Of a DNA stretch of 64,000 nt, positions 11,979-23,639 are shown one piece after another. The translations under genes and the position numbers were made by a program. The notes beneath the pieces were generated by a model. It had not been told where the DNA came from. It ran no database searches and saw nothing but the letters and a program-made list of their open reading frames with translations. Origin of the DNA: Anthoceros angustus (Eukaryota > Plantae > Anthocerotophyta); NCBI GenBank assembly GCA_010909165.1, contig MU008176.1, positions 798,856 through 862,855 of the forward strand, in the 5' to 3' direction. Each line of letters starts with the position of its first letter. The stretch's first letter is position 1.

Positions 11979-12889
11979 ACACTTGCTCTTTGTTTGCTTG
12001 CATCCTCATGCATCTAAGTAGCTTATCTAGGAGACACTTTCTAATCTAGCATTTGCCTAGATGGATTGTGTTTATCCTAGAATTGCTATATTTGCATGCA
12101 TTTTCTTTATGCTAACATTTCTCTTCTAACAATGCTTTTATGCACTAATTCTTTGTTCTTCCTCCATGGATTTGTGTTCCCTTAGAAGGAGAAGGCATAG
12201 AGTTAAGAAGAGAAGTAGTCTGCAAGACAACAAGAACAAATTAGGAGCCCAACACATAGAAGCAATAGAAGACAACAAGCTATAGAGGAGAGATAGTAGA
12301 AACCTCCTCTTGTATAGCAAACTTCATTGCATCTATTTTAATTTCTAAACCGGATCAAGGGAAGTTTATCAAGCTAGCTAGACGTGATTTGCTAGAAGTT
12401 TTAGTCCAATTCACGTCAAGGCATTAGAATTAGCTCTCCAACATATCCCAAATTTGAATCGGTATTAGTACTCCTTTATCTTCTAGTCTGCAAGACAAAA
12501 TAGCATAGAAACTCTTAGATTTCAAGAAATTGATAGTCAATTAGCAACTCTTAGAATCCAATCCTTTGATCTTAAGGGAGAATTATCTGAATTAAGGACA
12601 AAATTGTCTATTCTCTCTAAGGTTGATAATGCGCAGATTTGAGAGCATGCTATCATCATCCGAATCGACTATGATGCAAGAGAAGAGTTTCATGCAATAA
12701 AGAAGATGAGAGGTCTGCGAGGCCTAGTCCTCTAAATCACCTACAATGGCTGGAGTGATCAATAATGAAGAACAAACTGTTCCTAATTCCCCATTGGGTA
12801 ATGATAATGCTAACACTTCATTGCATTATCATTATGGTGACAGATTCAAAGAGAAAGATAGATTCAATGGAAGGGATTATGACATCGGT

Positions 12890-15800
12890 CATTGAGAATG
12901 CGAGGAGCTTTGCGGCAAAGAGACCTTTGGGGCATCGTCGATGGATCAATTCCAAGGCCACACGCCCGATTTGAACGTGAACTTCAACCTTCGGGGCCGG
13001 GGGCGAGAAGGCACAAGATTTATTGGTCGTGGACTTTCTCAACATATGGTGAGACATGTCGCTGCAAAGACCTCCAAGGATATGTGGACTCACCTTGCTC
13101 AATTATATTCATCTCGAGATGTAATGAGTATTGTTGCGCTTCACGTAACTTCCGCAACCTCTCAATGAAGGAGTCCGACACCATCGAACATCATGTTAAT
13201 GCATTTCGATTGGCACGATCCCATTTGGAATCTTCAATGGCGTACCTATCTCGTAGATGGAGGCTTACGTCATTCTCTTATCTTCATTGCCACCTTCTTA
13301 TAGGGCTTTCATTACAACTCAAAATGCGATTGCAATGTCGGAAAAAGATGAAGATCCAAATGAAGAGCCGGACATCGGTGTTTCGAACTTATTGGAGCAT
13401 TGCTACGAGGAGGCAAGCGACGTCATCATCACTCCGAGCCAACAAGCGGCGGTGATGTATTCACAAAGGGGTAGAGGAAGAGGGCGAGGCGAGGCCGAGG
13501 TTCTACTTTCCAGCGACCCCATATCCCCGCACATACTTTCCATGATGGAGAGGCATCTTCTTCAACACCAAGAGGTAACAAGAAGGCGGGATTATATGTA
13601 ATTGGTGCGTAATCCAAATCACATGGAAAAGGATTGTCGTGAAGAAGAAGAATGGGAACCTCGCAAGGAGGCCCCACTGAGCTAACATTGCGGCAAGAAA
13701 CAATCTTCCTCAACTCCAGGTGCTCACTTTGCTTGGCTTCTTCCAAGCCCTCCAATACCTCATGGTACTTAGGCGTGGAGCTACTTCACATATTTGTTAC
13801 AACAAACTCTTTTGAGTCTTACTCACCACCCAGGACATCGTCTCCTCGAGATGATCACAACCTACCCATTGCGGGTGTTGGTTGATTGTATTCAAGTGTG
13901 ATTCGTCGTTCTTCATCTTCATCACGTCCTCCATGTTCCTTCAATGTGCAAGAATCTAGTATCACCGCAAGTCTTTGTCAAGAACACACTCTGCGGTGAT
14001 CCTTTATGCGATAGTTGTCTTCTCTCTTTCATAAGTGATAGAAACTATACAATCTGCGGCACTTTAGATGATGGTCTCTATAGATTGTCGGTACAAGTGG
14101 GAGCCACCCATTACGCTAATGTTGCCATTCCAAACCCATGACACCTACCCAAACCATGCTTTGGCATTGTCGCCTTGGTCATCCTAATAGTCAAAATTAA
14201 TCCAAATGTCTAAGGAGCTTTATATAGAACCCTTGCCTTGCAAAGGTTGAACACCTACCTTGGTGCGAATCTTGTGTCCTCACTAAACGACATCAAGAGC
14301 CTTTCAAAATAAATCTCCACAAAGGGCCAAGTCACCTTTAGAGATAGTGCACAGACATTGTGGACCCTTGTCTACACCCTCCTTTAGTGGTAGTAGATAT
14401 TTTTTGACCTTCACAGATGATTTCTCTCGTTTTGTCTTTTCCTACATCCTGAAAAACAAGAGTGATGCCTTTCACTTCTTCAAGGACTACATGAAATGGG
14501 CTGAGAGACTTACAGATCACAAACTCAAGACCTTACGTTCCGACAATGGTGGAGAGTTTACATGTACTGAATTTGAGGATTTTTGTCGAGCTGAAGGTAT
14601 AGCTCAACAACTTACAGTTGTCTACACTCCTCAACAAAATGGCGTGGAGAACAAGAATCTACGCCTCCAAGAGATCACGGTTGCTTATTGGTACAAGCTA
14701 AGTTATCTAAGGCTTATTGGGCGAGGCCCTCCTAAGACAACCTATCTCATGAATCGATTGCCTACATCAGTTCAAGGTATGACTCCATATGAAGCATTCA
14801 TTGGCAAGAAGCCTTCTATTGACCACCTTGAATTTTTGGATCCCCGCATATGTTTTTATTCCCAAAGCATTGCGTAAGTTGGATCCCAAAGCCTAAGTAC
14901 ACTTTCATTGGCTACACCAAGGTATCAAAGGGTACAAATTGTTCAACCCTTCTACAAGGCAACTTTTATACGGAGTGTTACTTTTCATGAGTCTTACCTC
15001 TTTTCCCCAGTGGGAGCGATAGGCTTGGTCCTCCTCTTGATGAGACCATTGACCCTTCTTATTTTGATGATCGATTATTTCACTCCATTTCCCATTCACC
15101 TTCTCGTGTTCCTTTAGTTGAACCTATTATGCGAGGAGGAGGAGTTAGCATCTATTCCACAACTGGTACAACTCAACGACGATGTTGACATCCCAGCGAG
15201 GCGCCTTGACACTCATGATGATGAGTTTGATGACCCTCGGAGGATGACATTGTGGAGCCAGCAGATCCTCGTTGATCCCTCCCGTGGATGATGCACACAC
15301 AAAGGTACAACCTTAGATCCCGACCTACTATCTCAGTCCTGCAGTTGGAAGGAACCTCCTTTAGGATACCTAGCTGTTTTGATGATCCTATACCCCTATA
15401 TCACTTTATTCTCAAGCTGTCTACAAGGCAACTATAGACCCGGAAGAACCTCTTACCTTAAAACAAGCTTTCTCTTCTCACGAAAAGACTTATGGAAGGT
15501 AGTCAGATTGAATATAATTCCCTAGTTAATAACTCTACATGGAATTGGTCAAACCACCTAGGGGTAGGAAGATAGTAACCAGCAAATGGGTATTCAAAAT
15601 TAAAAGAAAAGGAGATGGTTCTATAGAAAGGTATAAGGCACGTCTAGTAGCGGAGGTTTTACACAATTCTGGTCTAGATTACATACCTTGGGCCACTTAT
15701 GCCCCAAGAGCCAAATTTGCCACACTTGAATGATATTTGCCTTATGTGCCCAACATGATCTTGAACTCCACATGATGGATGTTAAGACGATATTTGTATG

Positions 15801-16983
15801 GGCGCACAAGAGGAAATATACATGAGACAACCCGAGGTTCTGAGTCAAAGGCAAGAAGATTGGGTATGCCGACTCATCAAAGGTTTGTATGGCCTTAAGC
15901 GTCGAGCAAGAATTGGAACTTAACCATACATGTACAACTTATTGGGAGAGGATTTAAGCAAAGCCGGTGATGCTTGTATGTACATCCTAATATCCGCAAT
16001 GATATATTTTATCTTCTACTTTATGTTGATGATGTTTTTATGGCAACAAACTCCCTCACTCTCCTAGCGAAACTAAAGCATGGCTTAGGACTCTATTTGA
16101 GATGTCCGATCTAGGAGAAATGACATATGCACTTGGTGTTAATATTATACGAAATAGAGGTAATAAGACTCTAAGTATAGTTCAAACCAAGTATATTAAG
16201 GAGAGTTTAGCTAAATTTGGACTTGAGGATGCAAAGCACACCCACACCTTTTGCAAGTGGTGTTAGGCTTACCTCGGATATGAGTCCCAAAACAATGAAG
16301 AAAAGCTAGAAATGTCGTTCCATACCGACATCTGTTGGCACTCTAATATATTTATGCAATTTTACGAGACCGGATATATCTTTTGAAGTCGGTTCGCTCA
16401 CAATTCTTGGAGAACCACGGGCGTGAGCCTTTGGATGTCATTAAGCGTATATTCGAGATACCTTAAAGGCACTATGTACAGGGTGATGTTCAAGCATACA
16501 CCAGCTATCAACACATTAACTCTAACGGCATATCGATGCCGACTATCTTTAGTGACCGACACGAAAATCAGATCGGGGTATGTATTACTCTTGGGAGGAG
16601 CACCAATATCTGGTCAAGTAAGAAACAACCTACTATAGCTTTGTCAAATCGAATCAGTGGTACTAACCTCGGTTCTAAAGACATAGTGTGGTCCGAGTTA
16701 GTTTTGAGTGAACTTCACCATCCTCAACTTAAGCCTACATCTTTGTTTAGTGATAGCCGGTGCCATTGCACTTGCACGAAATCTGTTTTCATTCTAGAAC
16801 TAAACATATAGCTGTTGAGTATCACTACATAAGGGAAAAGTTAGAAGATCAAACCATAAATATTAGTTATGTTCAAACTTTAGACAATCTGTGATTTATT
16901 AACAAAGTCATTGGGAATTGAGTTACATAGGAAACACATGAAATGTTTGGGTATAATGGACACTGTCCAAACCTTTAACCTAA
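12890..16983 (+). pseudogene. copia gag-pol, multiply frameshifted as assembled
   Basis: Gag LRQRDLWGIVDGSIPRP, zinc-knuckle relics near 13590-13710, protease relic WYLG near 13765, integrase RYFLTFTDDFSR / LRSDNGGEF / TPQQNGV (14350-14650), RT KWVFKIKRKGDGSIERYKARLVA (15540-15650) and LLYVDD (about 16015), RNaseH HIAVEYHYIREK (about 16805). Confidence 0.9.
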
Positions 16984-17499
16984 TACTCACCCTAGCAGCC
17001 TTAGGGCCGATTTAAGATAACCTTAAAATCTTAGCCCAAAAATTATTGTCTTACTATTTTTCTGAACATTTTCTTCTTCTATCTCAAAATAGCTTAGGTC
17101 ATCCCCGCCTTCCTCTTCATAGACGGCCAACATAGAACCTGGAATATTTTATATTAAAAATAAAAATAATATTTAAGCAGTATTTATGTGATTAAAACAA
17201 TAAATTCCCTTAGCACCAAAGGCACCTACGGAAAATATGTTTGATATGTCCTGAAATTCCTCACATGGGAGACTTGCTATTTTATCATGTGGATGGTAGT
17301 TTCCTCACATATATAGGAGTCCGGACATCTCCCTTTTCACTTAAACCTAAGGTGAGTATGTATACTTTATTTTCCTGGTCACCTTTTGGTAGAATTCGCT
17401 TATAATAGCCCATGTTTTTGTCTTTAATACACTTAGGAAACAAAATGTGTTTACCGCATCAATGCAGAAAATTTATGCTAGGTTATTCGATCCTAAAAC

Positions 17500-18385
17500 T
17501 CATATAGAAATTAGGATGCTTAAAATCTTGGATAACCCTTATTTAATATATTGCACCTTTCTTTTCCAGCCCTTCCTTGTCATATCCTCCCATGCCGTCT
17601 CCACCCATCGCAAGCGTCACCACACAAGTGTCGACCTCTTATCCATCAAGTGTTAGCATCCTTGTAATCCACTTGTGTCATAGCTTCTTCTTAGAAGCAT
17701 AAGATGGGCAGCAATCTTTCCTACAAACACTTTTGGCGGTGGGCTTTTTGCGGAGCATCATTCATTGAGAGGGGAGGGCACGTCCTCATCACCTAGGTGC
17801 GCTTCCTCCCCTTTGGTGAGCACATCCGAATTGCTTCTGAAGACATGGCAGAAATGAAGACATGGCGAAAATGAAGACGCAATCTTACACTTCTGGACTT
17901 CAGGCTTTCCCTCTTCTGGCTGGAGCGCGTCCCCTGTAGGATCCTTAGGCATCTCTGGTTCAGTTTCATCCTCCGAGGATGAGGTCAGATCAATGACAAA
18001 TGCAAGAGATTTCTTTCTGAAAGGCTGCAGGAAGGACGAGGTCTGTGGAGGCAGAGACTCTTCATCACCAGCAGGGACACGACTGGATGCATCAGCAGGT
18101 AGGGGCGCCCTCCTGTCCTTTTTGTTTGGGCGCCAGTAGCGCCGTGGCGTCCTTGCAAGGGCGGACAGTGCGGGAAGGCGCGCCCGCCTGGCCGGCGCGG
18201 CGCGCGGCGGAGAGGGCCAGCTCGGGACAGGCGCGATGGCGCCCCGTGGCGCCTCCTCCGTGGGCGGGATTGGCGCGCCTTGCTGCGGGTAGCCACCCCT
18301 CCGCCATCGCCATCACGCACATGTACCAACCACCAAGTTGTCGGGATCGCGTTCGTGAAGTTTGAGGAAGAAGGGTATTATCCAT
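17500..18385 (-). pseudogene. Antisense accessory ORF inside the copia 3' region (fragmented)
   Basis: GC-rich island between RNaseH and the PPT with ORF pieces 18385-18092, 18329-17985 and 17952-17758. No recognisable domain. Confidence 0.4.
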
Positions 18386-18670
18386 TATCCTTTTGATTTT
18401 CCTTTTCGGAAATTAGGTATTTTCTGGATTTTCCTCTATATATAAATCCGCTTAAATACTTTTAATTAGTTTTAATTCCACCTATTCTTGAAGTTGGGTT
18501 ATTAGTTTCTCATCTCGTTCTCCTTAAGTGGGAGTTATTTTAATAGTGATTATTACTTTCAGTTTTACCTTAAGTTTTACTTTATGCCTTTAAGTAAAGT
18601 TTAGTTAGGGACTAGTTTTACTAGACTAGTTTTCCTAGACCTCTTTTGGTCGAAAATCACCCCTAGTTCA

Positions 18671-18907
18671 TAGTGAGTGGGAGTGATAAAATAGCTTACT
18701 ATTAGGGCACTCTTCACTAGGGCACCTAGGACTTAATAATTAATTTAGTCCTTAGGGCTCTAGGTAGTTTCTTTTAGTAGTTATTTAATTGGTTAGTTGT
18801 TACAACCACTTATTGGTTACAACTACCTTGCCTACATAAAGGCATGTACTTTCTATTATGAATGTAATGCAACACATATTGCTAGAGCTTGTGTATGATT
18901 CTCATCA
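18671..18907 (+). repeat. copia polypurine tract (18671-18683) and 3' LTR (18684-18907)
   Basis: TAGTGAGTGGGAG directly before TGATAAAA. LTR followed by TSD CAGTC. Confidence 0.95.
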
Positions 18908-19958
18908 CAGTCTCCTCGCAATAAGGTTTCCTGGAAATTTGTCCAGCTGTAGGATAGAGAGCTAGGTTGTATGAGGGCAAGGCAAGCCAACTAAGGGTCT
19001 TCCAAATTGAGCCATGCATCCCTTAGTTCCAGCCAGGACCTGCATCGCACAAGGGGATCAGTAGAACCCCCTTTTCTGTCAACCTCGCTTTCCACAAAAT
19101 TGTAATCCGCTGCCAAAAGCCAAGGGATAGCAGGATCAAGCTTGGCTTTGATCCGTCTCCAGGGGGCAGCTCGTTGAGGGGAGTGAATCGGCGCGTAGAC
19201 GTTGCAAATTCCCAACACCCCACAAGGGAGTTGCAGTGTAACCCATTGAAAGACCAGTTCTGGGTCAGAACCCGCCCCACAAACCTTGTCCTCTAGAGAG
19301 GGATGGATTGTAATAGACAGTCCACCCTTGGTATCGTCCGCCGGGACCCAAAACGTCTTCTCAGGGATGTAGAGCTTTTTCGGCCCCGGATCCTGAGTTT
19401 TGCGGGCACAAAGCTTGTGCTCTTGCACGCAAAACACATCCCACTCCACATTGGACTGACTATAATTACACGGCGCACGACATTTTGAGTCTCCCTTCGA
19501 CCTCCTAGAAAGCCCATGAACATTCCAGGAGAGGACTTGAAGGTGTTGGCCGCGCAAACCGTAGGTGTATACCCCATTAAACTGTAGCCTTGGAACGCCT
19601 TGGGAGCAACTGCCCCGGCGGTTCTAGGGCTCCTGCGAGCCTTTGCTTTAGTACCAGAAATGGACGTGGTGGGTGCAGGGTTGCTACCAATGACTCCCAG
19701 AACTTGCCTTTGCCGGGTGACACCAAAGGCATCACTACTTTTCCACACCCACTCCGGGCATAGGGCACTATCCGAAGGAGGTTGCGATGGAGTGATCCAC
19801 GCAAAAATCTTGGGTGATCGAACTAGCTCTTCCTTCGGGCCTTGTACGAAAGTCATGGCATCTCTGGGATCCAAGGTCCCCCCTTCCTTCAGCATTTGTG
19901 TTACAGCGGCCAGTGTTGTCTCCAGGGAGGACGCGAGAATTTCCGAAAACTTGAGGAG
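18908..19958 (-). mobile_element. LINE (L1-clade) fragment: ORF1 tail and ORF2 APE endonuclease
   Basis: LQVLSWNVHGL, VFCVQEHKL, KGGLSITI, ICNVYAP, WLLAADYNFV, DRKGG are APE motifs. Cut at 19958 by the repeat array. Confidence 0.85.
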
Positions 19959-20545
19959 GCTCCATTGCAACTTCACACTCTATGCTTCCACATCAACTCT
20001 ATAAACGCCGAATGGTTTAAAGACCTCTGACGCTAAAAAGCATGGCTCCGTATGCTCACCCAGCTTAAAGCTTTTATGGCCTTCTCAAGAAGGATGTGCG
20101 AGCTAGTCTTCTTATATTGCGATAGAAACCTCACATAAAGCAATTGCTAAGTAGTTTATAAAGCGCTAAGTAACATTTTCAACCTAATAAAAGTAAAGTA
20201 CAATCCCCTCTAGAAAATACATAGTACGACTAGACATATATACCCATGATTCCAAATATATGCCTACTTAATAGTGTACCTGCCATAAGTAACTTTTCTT
20301 TTCTACCTTATTACTTATATGTCTATTGAAGGTTTGTTCTAAAAATATTATCTACTAGCTATACTATCTATATAAAATTCCAAAGTTGCTAGCTACATAA
20401 ATAAAGTTCTCACTTTCTACTGAATTGCTAATATTAGTTTTGTGAACCCTTTTTTCGGGAGTGCTTCATATAATTTTGCATATTCTTTCTCCTCATAATT
20501 TCTAAGTATCCTTACGATAGGTGAATTTCTTTAAACGATTTGGAT

Positions 20546-23048
20546 AATAATATAGAGTTCAAAGACAAGAGTGGATGTTGAGATTCAAACTCTACCGCAG
20601 ATATGGAAGGGGTGGTGACTCAAAAGATGGCACTTTTTACTCATGCCATGATATAACTAACATGATTATGGAAAGTATGTAGAAGTTATGGGAACGTCTA
20701 ATTGCAGGGCCAATAGCAAGTAGATGGAAATTGCACAATTTATATTCTTGCGTCGGGAGATGTGAGGATGATTTGAATAATAATATAGAATTCAAAGACA
20801 AGAGTGGATGCTGAGATTCAAGTTCTACCACATATGGAAGAGGTGGTTCACGACTCAAAAGATGGCACTTTTCACTCATGTAGTGGTATAACTAATATGA
20901 TTATGGAAAGTATGTAGAAGTTATGGGAACGTTTAATTGCAGGCCAATAGCAAGTAGATGGAAATTGCACAATTTATATTCTTGCGTCGGAGATGTGAGG
21001 ATGATTTGAATAATAATATAGAATTCAAAGACAAGAGTGGATGTCGAGATTCAAGTTCTACATATGGAAGAGGTGGTTCACGACTCAAAAGATGGCACTT
21101 TTCACTCATGTAGTGGTATAACTAATATGATTATGGAAAGTATGTAGAAGTTATGGGAACGCGTTTAATTGCGGGCCAATAGCAAGTAGATGGAAATTGC
21201 ACAATTCATATTCTTGCGTGGAGATATGAGGACGATTTGAATAATAATATAGAGTTCAAAGACAAGAGTGGATGTTGAGATTCAAGCTCTGAGCATGGAG
21301 GGGTGGTGACTTAAAAAATGGCACTTTTACTCATGTCATGGTATAAAACGGTGGTAGAAAGGGGTTTCTCTTGAAACCCTTTTGCACACCGGACGCGGAC
21401 CCCTTTTGCACTTGAAAAAATCGCACTATAATCACTTTTGGTATTTCTCTGCAGACATGTCACCCGCAACCTTTTGAATAATTGTTTTGATACGCGTTAT
21501 TTGAGATTGTAGATTGCAAGTACGTGGCAAAAACCGAAAGTCTTATTCTTGTTCGGCTTTTTCTTTCAAGTTGGACACAAAATTCGTGCGCAAACTTGTG
21601 CGCGCACTTACATCTAAACAGTCTCCAACACCTGGCAATGATTGCCAAGTGTTGGACGTATACAAACGTTTAGAGTTTTTAGGGCTTGCTGTAATTTTTG
21701 GTGTGAAAACTTGTTTGCGTACAAACCTTTCATTCATACCAGTCAATCCTAAGACTATACTCTCGCTCTGGGAATTTTACAGGATTTTGTTTCTTAGACA
21801 TTGGGACAATAATATCTTCGTTGACTGATGCTCTTGATCCGTGCGGTCAGAATGAGAGTGGCATGGTCCACTTGAGTTGGGCCCAAACGCCTCTCAAGAT
21901 TCAAAAGATGCAAAAGGTTCTCACTACTAGTTCAAAGTTTTAACTACTAGAAAAAGATGAGGGCTAAGTAAATATAAGAACATATCCACATTAGGGAGGT
22001 GCACAAAAAGGTTGAAAACGTCAAAGGACCATTTAAATCAACAAAATATCAAAAATATCAAAAATATCAAAAATATCAAAATTTTAGGGTAAGTCGTGCA
22101 CTTGCCTCAAAAATTGGAATTTTTGGGATTTTTAAATTTTTGCTATTTTTTACTTTGATGAACTGTCTGAATGCACTAGGAGGCATGAACCATATGAGTT
22201 CATGCTCCTAGGCCCTTCTTGACCTTGGGTGCAGCAAGTGAGAACTTGGGCCCCTTGCCCCTCGGTGCACACAAGTGCGCGCATCTTGGCCCCTTGCCCC
22301 TCGGTGCGTGCACAAGTGCGTTCCAGGCCTCCTTGCCCCTTGGTGCATGCACTTGTTCACCCCCAGCTCGGCATATTTGATGATAACCAGATTAGGTCAC
22401 CGAAAGAGACTAAACACCGTAAAGGATAAAAAGGGGATAGGGTGTTCTTTGTCGATTAGGGCATAGGATAGATATATGAGAGCGGTCTAGGTGAACCTCC
22501 AACACTACTAGTTATTATTTTGCCGGGAGTTCCTCGAGATCCTCGACCTCCAAGAGGACATGTTTCATTAGAAGATCATTTTTCGCGTTCTTTTGCACAA
22601 TGCGCACAAGTTTTAAGATAAGATTGTACCGCACTTGTGCCATAGGTCTCCTTGGAATACAAAAACATAGAGAACTACAAAATGCGTAAGCTACGGCATG
22701 ACGAAATTGGAACAATGAGGTCAATTTCATCATCACCGACTAAATCGCCATGAATCGATTAGAAGGCGCTAGCTCGATGTAAATGACTTGACAGAAGTGG
22801 CACCGAGTCGAGAATGCCAAACCGATGGATGAACACCTACAAAAACAACAAAACCAAACCAAGTTGAGTTTTCGCAAAATAGGGTTGGGTTTTACCAAAA
22901 CCCTTTGACAGGAGAAACCCCTTTCTACATGCATTGCTGTATAACTAATATGGTTGTGGAAAGTATGTAGAAGTTATGGGAACGCCTAATTGCAATAGCA
23001 AGTAGATTGAATTGCACAATTCATATTCTTAAGGCCGGAGATGTGAGG
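20546..23048. repeat. 233-bp satellite (3 full units plus one interrupted by a TIR element)
   Basis: AATAATATAG(A/G)RTTCAAAGACAAGAGTGGATG recurs at 20546, 20779, 21012 and 21243. The fourth unit resumes at 22940. Confidence 0.9.
21346..22939. mobile_element. Non-autonomous TIR DNA element (about 1.6 kb), TATA-flanked
   Basis: Perfect 17-bp inverted repeat GTAGAAAGGGGTTTCTC (21354-21370) / GAGAAACCCCTTTCTAC (22912-22928). TATA on both sides (21342-21345, 22940-22943). The satellite unit is split at this point. Confidence 0.75.
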
Positions 23049-23639
23049 TGTTTAACCCTATCCTCTCACTCAAAGAAACACAGCCTTCGAGAAAAAAATT
23101 CTAAGGATGTAGTGAAGGGATGTCATCCGACAAGACTCACTATAATGAGTCCCCGACATTTCTTTCTTATGCTGAATTTCAGCCTCTTTATAGTATTGAG
23201 CATGCTTTGATGTTTCCCATGCCCTTATTACGGCCAAGTATAACCAACATAGGGGCCGCCTTACCTGCATACTGCACTTTGTAATTTGTACCCTACACAA
23301 GTATGGCCACTAGTGCGGCATGACGGAGCTATGTGTTCAATTGATGGCCCTGTGCTCGGCCCAATTCAGATATGCATGTGTAAAGACCACATGTACACTA
23401 ACCCCTCTCAAGTGCCTTGGATGGACGATTTTTTTGTTTGGAGTGTGTTTGTTTGGCAAAGTGTCTTGACAATCGCACGGGTAAGGTCTTTTGTACGGAA
23501 TGGTCCTTGGCCCTTGGTGATAATAATTTTATTTTTATTTTTTCGGACCTTAGTTCTGACCTGATATGTAAGCTCTGAAATAGAGTCCTTGGGTTTTGTA
23601 GTAGAAATAAGAAAGTGTCTATATGTTAGGTGCCTACAA

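Larger units (their letters stand above)
11744..18907 (+). mobile_element. Full-length Ty1/copia LTR retrotransposon (7164 bp)
   Basis: Two 224-bp LTRs (TGATAAAA...CTCATCA) with one mismatch. 5-bp TSD CAGTC at 11739-11743 and 18908-18912. PBS and PPT present. Domain order gag-PR-IN-RT-RH. Confidence 0.96.
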
